This document shows, piece by piece, positions 24,755 through 35,312 of a DNA stretch of 64,000 nt. The stretch's first letter is position 1, and every line of letters starts with the position of its first letter. Below the pieces are notes generated by a model. The model was not told the DNA's origin. It was given only the letters and a program-made list of their open reading frames with translations, and searched no databases. The stretch comes from Flectonema sp. DT1601 (Eukaryota), in assembly GCA_964019425.1 (NCBI GenBank), contig OZ025801.1, positions 620,001-684,000 on the forward strand, written 5' to 3'. Both the position numbers and the translations under genes were made by a program.

Positions 24755-25885
24755 TTAAAAGAAGCATTCCTTAGCAGCTTTTACACACTTTCCCTTTTCA
24801 AAAAATAACAAACTTGCATTTTCAGGTCTGTCAGCTTGGGTTGCGATATCGTAAGGGGTACGACCTGCTTTATCAACAGCATCAAGTTGAGCACCAGCAG
24901 CAATCAGCATTTCAATGATTAAAGGTGAAGCGTGTCCGGCAGCTAAGTGAAGTGCAGTAAATCGACGGTCTTTTAAAATGTCTGTTTGAGATCCAATTCC
25001 CAAAAAATATTTAACAATCTCACTGTTGTTAGCGAATGTCGCAACATGAAGTGGAGTCCATGATCCACTCGACGTTCGAACTGAAAGTAGTCCGACCGGA
25101 TCTGGAGCTGAATCCATTATGAATTTAATAACATTTAAGTTTTGTTGCTCTGTTCCAAATTTAGCATCAGCTGCGATATGAATTGGTAGATTACCAAATT
25201 CATCTTCATGCCGATGGTACTCTGGAAATGATTTTAAAATTGCTTTTGCAGCTTTAAACTTTCCCGCTTTCAAACATAACGATGCTGCTTCAGGAGACGT
25301 TGTTATAGCACCGTTGTGGCAAGCAACGTATGCGAGTTCCTCATCGTTTGAATTTAGTATTCCTCCTGTTATTTTACATTTAGCACCATACTTTATTAGT
25401 AATTTGCATTTTGATAACCCATCATTTCGAAACAATGCTGTCGTTAGTGCTGCTTCTAAGTGTTTGTCAGTCCACGGGAGGCATCTCAGCAAGACATCCG
25501 ACACGACTGTTTCAGAACCATTAAGATGACGACTTAATTTATGTAGATCGCCGTAATATTCAGCCTCAGCAATCAGTTCGATAACTTCAAGTTGTTTGTT
25601 TAGAATCGCTTGTACCATTTTAGCAGCAGACGCGCACGTCATTCTATGATTTGATAGAAGTAACTGTCTTGCTCTAAGTTTCTTACTCGCATCAGCCTCC
25701 AAAACATCTCCTCCAGAGATCCCGTAGCTCAATACTTTTTCTGTTCCCTTCAAAGGGATACCCTCGTAAAATAATGATGTGGCAGTGTCCAACGAAGCCT
25801 TCTCCAGCATTTCATAGACTCGATCATTTGGTTGAATTTCTACAGGCAACTCCTCACCAGATTCTAGCGATATAAAAATATTCAT
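24755..25885 (-). CDS. Ubiquitin-like domain plus ankyrin-repeat protein
   Basis: N-terminal Ubl pattern (MNIFISLESGEELPVEI...LFYEG..L...LSYGISGGDVL); C-terminal ankyrin repeats GNLPIHIAA, WTPLHVAT, FTALHLAA, GRTPYDIA. Confidence 0.9.
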   Translation of the reverse strand: MNIFISLESGEELPVEIQPNDRVYEMLEKASLDTATSLFYEGIPLKGTEKVLSYGISGGDVLEADASKKLRARQLLLSNHRMTCASAAKMVQAILNKQLEVIELIAEAEYYGDLHKLSRHLNGSETVVSDVLLRCLPWTDKHLEAALTTALFRNDGLSKCKLLIKYGAKCKITGGILNSNDEELAYVACHNGAITTSPEAASLCLKAGKFKAAKAILKSFPEYHRHEDEFGNLPIHIAADAKFGTEQQNLNVIKFIMDSAPDPVGLLSVRTSSGSWTPLHVATFANNSEIVKYFLGIGSQTDILKDRRFTALHLAAGHASPLIIEMLIAAGAQLDAVDKAGRTPYDIATQADRPENASLLFFEKGKCVKAAKECFF

Positions 25886-26109
25886 TTTTTGTTGTTGTTG
25901 TTGTTGTTTCAGAGAGTTGAGGATGGGAAGATGCTGGAAGAAAAGAAAAAATGAATGAGAAACCCTAAGATAGCGGATGGGGGAAAAAAAAGCAACATCG
26001 CAATTAACAAAAAAAACAAAAAAAAATATATAAATAAATTCAAAAAAAAAAAAAAATCTACTACAAGTAATTGTGAGTACTTAAAATCTTCTATAAAAAA
26101 ATAATTTCC

Positions 26110-27051
26110 CTACCAAACATGTCTTTTGGGTGTTGCGAGACTAATCAAATTCGAGTCTCTGAATGACTGCGGAGACCTACTCGCTAATAACGTTATGAGA
26201 GTTCTAATGGGAGCTGCATTTGGAGTCTGAACTGACAGTTCATTAAATAGTAAAAGACCTTTCTTAATAAAAGAAACAACAGCCTCTTGCTGATCAACAG
26301 CAGTTACATGTTTAATTAAAAGTGAGAAAATCGTAACAAATGGAAATGATGGCTCAACCCATGATGATGATGAGGGTTCTGGTTCAAGTGAACGACGAGT
26401 CATCGATACCAAGTCATCAAGCATGAGATGGATTTCTGTACTTGTTAAAGACAGTACAGGTCCAAGAGAAGGGTTGTGTCGGATTTCGTTAAGGAATGCG
26501 GCAACAGCACCAAATCGAATAGTGTCAATGGAATCACCGTCTTCGTAGTCTTGAAAAACAGATCTCACGTCGACTAACATTTTATGAGTGAATAGCAATT
26601 CATATCCAAGTGATGTTGTTGTTGGAAGGTCTGAGTGTTGGTGACGTTGTTGAGTTCGCCAAACAGCCGCATCGCCATACCAAAGATTCGAAAGTTGTTT
26701 TTCAGTAAATGAGCGATCATCGACCAGTTCCAATTCGTATTCTTTTTTAACAGTTCTCGAAGCAATATAACTCGCTACCGCTACAGCCATTGCAGTTTGC
26801 TTGTGATCCTTGCGTTTTCCTCCCATTAGCTCTCTCATTCCTTCTGTGTTGCGTTTTCGTTCTATTGCTCTGCCCTTCATCCAAATACACATCCATTCAC
26901 CCACCCCAATCATACCAGTCCTGTTTGGATCCATCACAGATATAATGTGTTTCTTTAATTCTGACAATGTGTTATATTCCCTTCCCAATCGTTCTCCCAA
27001 ATCCTCAATCGCAGCGGCATCATCATCTCCGATATGAAACATGTCGGTCAT
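26110..27051 (-). CDS. Hypothetical protein (~313 aa) with an EF-hand-like loop
   Basis: Likely start MTDMF at 27051, directly after the acceptor tttcctacag; MDPNRTGMIGVGEW resembles an EF-hand loop. Confidence 0.75.
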   Translation of the reverse strand: MTDMFHIGDDDAAAIEDLGERLGREYNTLSELKKHIISVMDPNRTGMIGVGEWMCIWMKGRAIERKRNTEGMRELMGGKRKDHKQTAMAVAVASYIASRTVKKEYELELVDDRSFTEKQLSNLWYGDAAVWRTQQRHQHSDLPTTTSLGYELLFTHKMLVDVRSVFQDYEDGDSIDTIRFGAVAAFLNEIRHNPSLGPVLSLTSTEIHLMLDDLVSMTRRSLEPEPSSSSWVEPSFPFVTIFSLLIKHVTAVDQQEAVVSFIKKGLLLFNELSVQTPNAAPIRTLITLLASRSPQSFRDSNLISLATPKRHVW

Positions 27052-27330
27052 TATTCTGTAGGAAATGAAATAATATTGAAATGAAGGGAAAAAACAACAG
27101 ACATAAATAAAATAAAAAAGTGAAATCATCATCACCTACGTTGGTAGACGGTAGTATTTGTTTCGCATGCGTGTTTCATGCATGCTACAATAATGAAGAA
27201 AACAAAAAAGAGGAAAAAAAAATATCGAGACGTCGAATGGTGGAAAATAAATTCACCATTTTATGTTCTTTTGGCTGATCGCTTATTTTTCGTATGTTGT
27301 CGTAAAAGTGGTGCCATTCAAACACCGCAA

Positions 27331-27498
27331 ACCTTGCACACGTGTTAGACTCCTTGGTCCGTGTTTCAAGACGGACAGTGCAAGATCGCTACTTTCTGAT
27401 TACCTCATGAAAGCATGTCACTCCCGTGTGAGTCACCCGTTGGGGAATCACACGGCTTCCTGTCCCTTTCAGTGACTCTTTGGTCCGTGATTTAAGAC
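27331..27498 (-). pseudogene. Short LSU (28S) rRNA-derived fragments from the D2/D3 boundary, partly duplicated
   Basis: Minus strand 27374-27331 reads CCGTCTTGAAACACGGACCAAGGAGTCTAACACGTGTGCAAG, the conserved LSU segment containing the NL4 primer site; a second, degenerate copy lies at 27474-27498. Confidence 0.85.
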
Positions 27499-27526
27499 AA
27501 GTAGCAGCTGTGTAGCAGCATACTAT

Positions 27527-29713
27527 TCAGACAAGTTCATTTTGATTATTTAATTTAATGTGTCGCTGAGAGATGTCACCACCGAGTGAGAACATTGCTG
27601 TCGGGGAATCACCTGACGAGTTAGTCTGATTCCCTCTTTGAATCCTAACGGAAGATAACCAACTGAATACCCAAAATGAAGTAACAGAAGCTATCAAATA
27701 ATAACTTATCGAAATTGAAATAAATATCATTTTTCCCTCATCAGACGGAAAGTTATTTATAAGCATGGGTACGAAGACTAATTCTGGTGGAGAGGCTGAC
27801 ATGTACAACAGACTAATACAAGATTCACTTTTTAATTTTAGAAAAAAACATACAACATAAGTCGATAAAGCCGATATTGCGTACAGTAGTAAAGCTCCTA
27901 TGCAATACTGATAATTAAAATTCTTAAATCCTCCCAGCTGGTTCATCATAAACGACAATCCAAACACTATTTGAATTGTTGCGGTTGTGCTGGTTAGAGG
28001 AAACTCTGTTCTTTTTTCCATCATAATGTTCGTTGGTGAATTTTGATTTTTTTCATTTTTCAAACTTTTGTAAAAATATCCGACCAACAGTGGAAATACA
28101 ACATTTAAAGTAGTCATAAAGATAGATGTGTTTGATAACGTTTTTATGTTTAAAATCGAAAGAGAGATAATTCCAAAAATAAGTCCAGACAGAGCTCCAA
28201 TAACAGAATATGCCGAATTCGCATATGCTTCAAATGAGAAATGGGAACTGCTCGTCAGCCCAATCGGTGAAATTTGAAAAATCAAAATCGCAGTCGCGAT
28301 TTCAACCGTCGTACAGTAACTTACGAACAGGTGTGTAAAAAAAGGAATCACCAAATATTTTAACCCAGTCTGAATGGATACTGCTTTCATACTATTACGA
28401 CACTCTGTTAAATTAAGGTTTCCGAATGCCCCAGCAGTTAGGTACAACAACCATGCTATAGCTGTGATTCCCATTTCCGCGAACCATCCAAAATTGATAA
28501 GCAAACCAACAGCCGCAGCCCATGCTAAATTATAATCAACAAGTAGCTCACTAATATAGAGACTTATTGAAACAATGTTCCACGACTTGGGGTCGTTAGT
28601 TTTGGATCTAAGTCGCTTGTCCATCGTGAATTGTGTACCCTGGAGTGTGAATTGTGTTACAAACGATTGGTACAAAAACCATAACCTACCTCATGAATAC
28701 ATAAACTTAGGCATCTTCCTCACACCAGACTCAACCTCACTGAAGGTATCTGGACTAACTCTCTTCAAAGTTCTCATCAGAGAATAAGCATCTTTCATGT
28801 TTGCTGATTCTAACTTTTCAGTTATCCAATCCACTAGTAATTCAGATGAAAGCGGAGGATTATTTTTTGACGACAACAACACTTGAAGAGAATTGAGACT
28901 CTGAGTATCTTTCTCTCGAACAACTGGAACAAGCGGAGTAGAGATACTAATCACCCCCATACTAGTGATATCTTGAGGTGGGTATACAAACCCTCCATAC
29001 AATGATTCAAGTTTTTGTAGGATCATTTTATGATCGTTTGTTTCAGGAATGTCGCTGTTCAAAGTTGACGACTCACCCCTTGACGTCCTCGCTTTGAATG
29101 CTATTTTACTTGTGAAACTTTTTAACACGAGTAGTTTCAGTGACAGCGACATAGCTAAATTCGTCAAAGCCTCATGAAGTTCCAAACTTGTCGTCAGCGT
29201 CGTCGGTGATAAAAAACTTCCCCTCATAGATGGCGTCATCATTTCAATTTTTGGTATCGGAACTCGATCCCGCTGCTCATTCTTTAATATTTCAGTTATT
29301 TGAGAAACAGATGATTCGCTTTTACTGAGACGTACTTTCAGTTTTTTGAGGACAGTTTTCGCCACCAAATCAGTCACTTGATGTTTAACAAATATATTTT
29401 CCTCACCAATCTGAAATACGCTACTTTTCTTAGTTGAATTTTTCATGCCCATCACCTGAGCAACAATTGCATGACCCGGTAGGGAGCTAATACCTAGGTA
29501 TAGTTCGATTCCGTCTCCGATCATTTTTTTCATCTGTTTGCAAACTCGTATTCCCGTATCTTTCGGTGTTGCAAAGGATACGCTACTTGGTGAAATGATT
29601 AGAACTCTGTCGAGAATGGTTTCAGAGGTGGTGATGAAATTAACCAACGTCTTCATTTGTTGCATTGCTACGACAGGTTCACACGAGCCAACTTGAACGT
29701 GGACGGCATCCAT
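27527..29713 (-). CDS. Membrane protein with a C-terminal SLC10/bile acid:Na+ symporter-like domain and a soluble N-terminal region; probably one gene (exons 29713-28724, 28639-27527)
   Basis: The downstream ORF has ~9-10 hydrophobic segments with SBF-like AVSIQTGLKYLVIPF and QISPIGLTSSSHFS..AYANSAYSV. A phase-0 84-nt intron GTGAGG...CTCCAG (28723-28640) would fuse the two ORFs in frame. Confidence 0.65.
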
Positions 29714-29774
29714 TACTGTTGTCTACATTTCTCTATTATTGTTTTGTGTTTTTTGTGAGTATTAAATTTCAATC

Positions 29775-29806
<32 letters not shown>

Positions 29807-30030
29807 GAAAAGAAAAGAAAAGAAAAACACCAAATCCACTAAAAAGCAAAGCCCACAGATTATGTCATCAAGTGTGTGTCTGTGTCGAGGAGAGAAAACA
29901 ATTGATTTTTTTTTGTTTTTTTGTAAAAATATTTTTAAAAAAAAACTCACGCACGAAATACAAACACTCGTAAGAGTGATTAGTGAAATCTTAGGGGGAA
30001 AAACAGTAAAAAGGATATTGTACAGATCGT

Positions 30031-31380
30031 CTATGATGACGAAACGACTCGAGTTGGTTTTGATGGCTCCACGAGACGAGGAGAAATAGAATTATTATTT
30101 TCAGCAATCAAAACATCACTCAGCTGATCAATAAGTGTGTCTGATGACTTCCTTCTTTCACTCACGTCTGATTCAGAAATTGATTTTGTTGTCGCACCAG
30201 AAAAACGACGACCGCTGTCTGTAGTAGTCCACGGAACTAATGTTTTAGTTCTTTCAGAAACATCACTAAATCTATTGTTGTCAATTTCATCTTCAAAATG
30301 GATTTCAGTCCGCATTCCCACCGTGAGATCTGATTCAGGGTAAGACATGCCAACTGATTCAGGGTAAGACATGCCAACTGATTCCACAACAGATGCTCCC
30401 CGTTGGTTAGAAGTGTTATTTATATCAAATGTCGGTATCAAGTTTGGTACATTTCGATTGCCTTGCTGAGAGTGTTGTGTCTCTGATGCCACATCAGTCA
30501 GCTGATTAGTACTTTCATGTGGTCTTTCAGTGAGATCTGACTCCGTAATAAATATTTCTTGTTTGTTAGAAGTGTTATTTATATCAAATGTCGGTATCAA
30601 GTTTGGTACATTTCGATTGCCTTGCTGAGAGTGTTGTGCCCCTGATGCCACATCAGTCAGCTGATGAGTACTTTCACGTGGTCTTTCAATGAGATCTGAA
30701 CCCACAACAGATGTTCCCCGTTGGTTAGAAGTGTTATTTATATCAACCGTCGGTATTAAGTTTGGTACATTTCGATTACCTTCCCGAGAGAGTTGCGTTT
30801 CCGATGTCACATCAGTCAGCCGATTAGTACTTTCATGTAGCCCTTCAGTAACTCTCGGTATGAAGTCAGTCTGTAGTTCCTCAGAGTAAGTTGATTCAGT
30901 ACTGACGATTACTTGATGTTCAGAATTGACGTCAGAATCTAACATCTCACTGAAAGCTGTTGGATTGAAGTTACCAAATACCCAGTTTGGAACATTCTGG
31001 TGATGCTGCTGTTGATGTTTTTTGTACGAATTCCTAATTTCTGAAAGCAATATTTGATCACCAGAAGTAACAGTTTCATCCTCAACTTTAGTTTTTATTT
31101 TTTTATTAACTTTCTTTGACCGAGTTCCCCAAGCAACATATTTTCCTCCTCCCCTATACGGGTTTATTTTAGGTATCACTTTTGCTGGCTTTACAGTATG
31201 TCGACACTCACTCTGATGAACTGATTCTTCACTCATTTCAGAGACTTCTTTCACAATTTTATCCTTTTTTTTTAGAGCTTCGGTTGCGGCCAAATTCCGT
31301 AGCCCTCTCTTCCATCTTTCGACTTCGTATTTTATTGGAAGCTCGTCAAAACAATCTGAATAGTGAGTGAGACTGCTCAT
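30031..31380 (-). CDS. Orphan disordered protein with 3 x 53-aa tandem repeats
   Basis: Long ORF (probable start MSSL); 159-bp units at ~30380-30840 encode ESTxxLTDV...GNRNVPNLIPTxDINNTSN; additional 24-bp duplication (ESVGMSYP). Confidence 0.8.
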   Translation of the reverse strand: MSSLTHYSDCFDELPIKYEVERWKRGLRNLAATEALKKKDKIVKEVSEMSEESVHQSECRHTVKPAKVIPKINPYRGGGKYVAWGTRSKKVNKKIKTKVEDETVTSGDQILLSEIRNSYKKHQQQHHQNVPNWVFGNFNPTAFSEMLDSDVNSEHQVIVSTESTYSEELQTDFIPRVTEGLHESTNRLTDVTSETQLSREGNRNVPNLIPTVDINNTSNQRGTSVVGSDLIERPRESTHQLTDVASGAQHSQQGNRNVPNLIPTFDINNTSNKQEIFITESDLTERPHESTNQLTDVASETQHSQQGNRNVPNLIPTFDINNTSNQRGASVVESVGMSYPESVGMSYPESDLTVGMRTEIHFEDEIDNNRFSDVSERTKTLVPWTTTDSGRRFSGATTKSISESDVSERRKSSDTLIDQLSDVLIAENNNSISPRLVEPSKPTRVVSSS

Positions 31381-32393
31381 TATTATTCTACCAACCAACA
31401 CTAGTGAAAATAATTATTTGTTATTTTTAAAAAAAAAGAGGGAAGTTTGTTGACAGCTCATGCTCACTTCACAGATCACTTCCACAATTATTTTTTTTTA
31501 TAACGCAAAACGTCAGCTAACTGTGAAAAAACAAGTGAAAAAAAAAATCGAACAGCAATGAAGAATATTTTCGGACACTTTTTAAAATTAAAATGAAAAG
31601 ACCGAAAAGACAAAGGGGAAGAGACAGGGGAGCCATTTTTTCCGAAATGAAAAAATATTGTTAATTATTGTGCAAATAAAGAAAGGGGGAAAAAAATTAA
31701 AAATCAAAAGATAAAATGTAAAACGAATATCTGAACTCGTTTAATTATTATTTTTTTTTTTGTAGCTACAAACCTGTTGTTCGGTAGAAAAGAGAATTGT
31801 GGCAGCGTAACTAACCTATTCCTTTATTAGGATTTTCTACGGGTAGCGTACAAACAAGAAAAAGGTGTGAGTAAAAAAAGTAAAAAGTCAAGTTTTCCCT
31901 TTTTTTTTTTTTTTTTTTTTTCTTTTTTTCCTTTTGAGCACTGCGGTATGTTGTAATCTACTCAAACTTGAGGAAGAACAGATCAGCTATACCATGTAGT
32001 AAGAATTAACAGAAACACGTTTCAAGAAGGCAAGCACACTGGTTTTTTTTTAAAAAAGGTTTCTTTTTTTTTTTTTTTTTTTTTTTTAATCACTAAAAAG
32101 ACCGTTCGAGATATATAAAAGGTTTTTAAAGTTGTCACTGTCTTATCAAGCTCAAAGGGAGCGAAGGTAAAACTTTGACAATGTAAAAACAGTAACAACT
32201 TTAAAAACACTACTAAGTATCATTGTCTTATCAGGAAGGGAGGGGGCATTCGTACGCATTTGTTTTACTCTAAATATGGTTATTTTTTTTTTTTTTTTTT
32301 TTGGTACATAAATAAATTCAAATTAATTTTATTTTTATTTGTTTTGTCTTTTCATTTTGCTAGCCTTGCTTGGCTATTTTTCTTCTTTTTTTT

Positions 32394-34337
32394 TTAATCA
32401 GATGCTGGAAATTCCTTCTTCAACCATTCAGCGTATATTTTGCAACATTCAGCAAAGGTGTTCTTTTCTGTGGTTGCGACTTCGACATCTCCGTGGACAA
32501 GTCGAATGACCATGTCCAGAATTCCCATAAAGTCATCATCGTCACGAAATTTAGGCCCCTCTTTGAGTCCCTTTTCGTACAGACCCTTTTGCCTTTCGAG
32601 TCTCACGTTAATGTCTTCTCCGATCGTCGATACCAATGCATCTGGTCCGAGAGGAGCACCAGTTAAGTTCTCAACGAGATCTAAAAATTGCTCAGAGTTA
32701 CCAGCCTTCCAATAAACGTTTGTCAAGTCAGCCCCAATCTTTTCGTTATCAGTTAGTGTTCCGTATTTCTTAAGAAAGTGTTGTCTGGTTTGAGCAACAG
32801 ACATATCAGCTAAAATATACCCCTGATAGTAGCACGAAGATTCATCAGACAGAATGTGAGGAACAGCCAACACAGGTCTGGAGGTAACGACTGTGAACCT
32901 TTCGTCAACTTCTTTTCCGATTCTAATAATGTTCTCAGGAGTTACTTCTGATTCCGGCAACTCATAGAGAGCTTTTTCATAGTAAGGAACAGCAAGCATC
33001 CCTCTCAATCCGAATACCTTGTAGCTGTGAGTTTGGTTAATGCTCTTCTCAATAAGTTCCCATGGCATTGGTTCTCCTTTTGCAGAAATCGCGTACTTTG
33101 CTATCCAGTCAGCATCACCAACTAAGGAGTCAAGAAACATTGACTGATTTTCAGCGTATGCTACAGAAGTTGGTGCTCTTTCCTGAGAATGAAATGGAGA
33201 AGGCTGTTCAACATTAGCAAAGTGAGCAGCATGACCTCCTTCGTGCATTAACGTTGCGATAGCTTCATGACCAGATCCAATTGATCCAGGTTTAGCTAAT
33301 GATGTGAAGTTAGTAACACAAGCAACAGATGATCCATCAGGTTTTACATATGGGCATACTGGCCAGTGACAGAATCCGTTGGAGTATTTGTTCTTACGAT
33401 CACACAAGTCGAGATTCATTACTGATTTGTTGTAACAAATATTCATTGCTGCGAATGACCTCGCCCAAGCAGAGACTGCAGTCTCAAATGGGAAGTACGG
33501 ATCCATTTGAGCTATGATGTCACCAGCTAATAAGAACCCTCTGTTCCAAGGTTTCATTGCTGCTTCTCCCTTTTCTTCGACTAACTTTTTCAGAGCCTTG
33601 TCGAGAGTTGGACGACTCTTTTCCTCCAAGTCGTCAAGAATTTCAAACAGACGTTTCTTATCCATCGCCTCAGATGTTTGAATTTTGTACTCGTAGAAAT
33701 CATCATAGCCGTTTGCCTTAGCCATTTTATTTCTTGCTTTTATGATTTCACAAAATGGTTCTGCGACGAACTCTGTGATGCTCTGAATACCTTCAAAACA
33801 TGCCTTTCTTGTTGCTTCATCGGTATGTGTTCTAATTTTTATACTAAGTTCGACAGAACTTGCTGACACGAATTCACCTGTCTTTGGATCGGTGTATCCC
33901 AACTTCATTTCACTTCTATTTTTTTCAAGAGTTCCCTCCATCGCAGTGATTTTCTTTCTTAGTTCAGCAGCTTCTGTTGTTTGTTGAAGGTAGCAGCGGA
34001 AAGTCTTGTCCATAACTTTTAAACATTTTTGTTGTCTTGGTGTCAAGCTCGGATTCTTTAGATGCTGTTTCACTATTTCGAAAACAGCACTGTCGCTAAT
34101 AAAATCATTGTACTCGTTCTTTGTTCTCGTTAGCTCCTCAACGTCGTTCCCTTTTAGTGCCATCTTTGTTGACCAAAAATTATCTTCAAATGACTTGTGT
34201 AGTTCAGCATATTTGCTGTTCATTGTGTTGACGAAATCCTCAACAGGCATCTCAGCGCTGAGTGTCGACATGTTACGGGCTTTGGTTATCCTTCTCAGCA
34301 AAATAGGACTTCGAAAACTAGACTGAAAACGAAGCAT
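32394..34337 (-). CDS. M3-family zinc metallo-oligopeptidase with a probable mitochondrial presequence
   Basis: 647 aa; HEGGH zinc motif, downstream AENQSMFLD, DLCDRKNKYSNGFCH and YYQGYILA; R/S-rich N-terminal extension. Confidence 0.92.
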   Translation of the reverse strand: MLRFQSSFRSPILLRRITKARNMSTLSAEMPVEDFVNTMNSKYAELHKSFEDNFWSTKMALKGNDVEELTRTKNEYNDFISDSAVFEIVKQHLKNPSLTPRQQKCLKVMDKTFRCYLQQTTEAAELRKKITAMEGTLEKNRSEMKLGYTDPKTGEFVSASSVELSIKIRTHTDEATRKACFEGIQSITEFVAEPFCEIIKARNKMAKANGYDDFYEYKIQTSEAMDKKRLFEILDDLEEKSRPTLDKALKKLVEEKGEAAMKPWNRGFLLAGDIIAQMDPYFPFETAVSAWARSFAAMNICYNKSVMNLDLCDRKNKYSNGFCHWPVCPYVKPDGSSVACVTNFTSLAKPGSIGSGHEAIATLMHEGGHAAHFANVEQPSPFHSQERAPTSVAYAENQSMFLDSLVGDADWIAKYAISAKGEPMPWELIEKSINQTHSYKVFGLRGMLAVPYYEKALYELPESEVTPENIIRIGKEVDERFTVVTSRPVLAVPHILSDESSCYYQGYILADMSVAQTRQHFLKKYGTLTDNEKIGADLTNVYWKAGNSEQFLDLVENLTGAPLGPDALVSTIGEDINVRLERQKGLYEKGLKEGPKFRDDDDFMGILDMVIRLVHGDVEVATTEKNTFAECCKIYAEWLKKEFPASD

Positions 34338-34727
34338 TTATCCACTTCTTTTTTATATTATTATTATTTTTAGTTTTTATTTTTTTTTTTTTTTTTTTTT
34401 TTTGGTTATTATCCAAAAAAAAAGATCGAATAGTACCGAGTTTGTGTTGTGCCTGCGTTGTGGAGATGAAATTTAAAGGTGTTTTTTTAGTATTATTTTT
34501 TTTTTTTTCTTCTCACAGAAAAAAATCATAAAAAATAATTGTTTAACAAAGAACCAAACAACAAAACCGGGATAAGCAGAAAGGGGGAAAGGCGGAACAC
34601 TTTTTTTTGTGCAGGAACTGCCAAAAAAAACACACATTTTTTTTTTTTTTTTTTTTTTTTTCTGTGTAGACAACAAACCAAATCAAAATCAAATTCAGTA
34701 CAGCTACGTAAAAAAAAAAAAAGAAAT

Positions 34728-35312
34728 TTAAATCCGAGTTGCTTCAGTAATGCATGAAAGGAAATCATCAACAGCTCTTATGGATAGTTCTGGTTTTTCC
34801 TTATTTTCGGATGGGTCATTTTCCGATTGGTGCCTTGACCACACACAATCTCTCATACTGACCAGACCAATTAATCTATTTGAGTCATCCTTACAGGGCA
34901 TATGACGAAAGTTTAGTTCAAGCATCCTTGATAAGATTTCCTCTATCGAGTCGTGTTTGCTGCAAAACACTACTTCAGGAGACATTAAGTCGCTTACTGT
35001 CTTCGTTGATAGCAATACTCCGTATTTTCCATACGCCCTGCATATATCTCTCTCTGATAACATGCCTGTTACCCTTCTCTCTGAAGTTCCTTCCGCAACT
35101 GGCGATAGTACTGGTACTGCTCCAACATCCAGGTCACTTAGTAGTTTTGATGCATCTTCTACGGAGGTGGTCCCTTCTAAATAGGGAACACCATTTAAAA
35201 AAATCTTAGGATCATTTTCATCAATTTTTTTTGTTGGAAATCGACCTAAGAACCGACCTGGTACTCCCGTTGTACTACTCGACCATCTCCTAGCGATTCT
35301 CAAAAAGCTCAT
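34728..35312 (-). CDS. CBS-domain pair protein (CBSX3-like), probably mitochondrial, ~194 aa
   Basis: VGAVPV, GMLSERD, VSDLMS, FRHMP and LIGLVSMRD; start MSFLRIARRWSS follows the acceptor ctcccag. Confidence 0.9.
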   Translation of the reverse strand: MSFLRIARRWSSSTTGVPGRFLGRFPTKKIDENDPKIFLNGVPYLEGTTSVEDASKLLSDLDVGAVPVLSPVAEGTSERRVTGMLSERDICRAYGKYGVLLSTKTVSDLMSPEVVFCSKHDSIEEILSRMLELNFRHMPCKDDSNRLIGLVSMRDCVWSRHQSENDPSENKEKPELSIRAVDDFLSCITEATRI

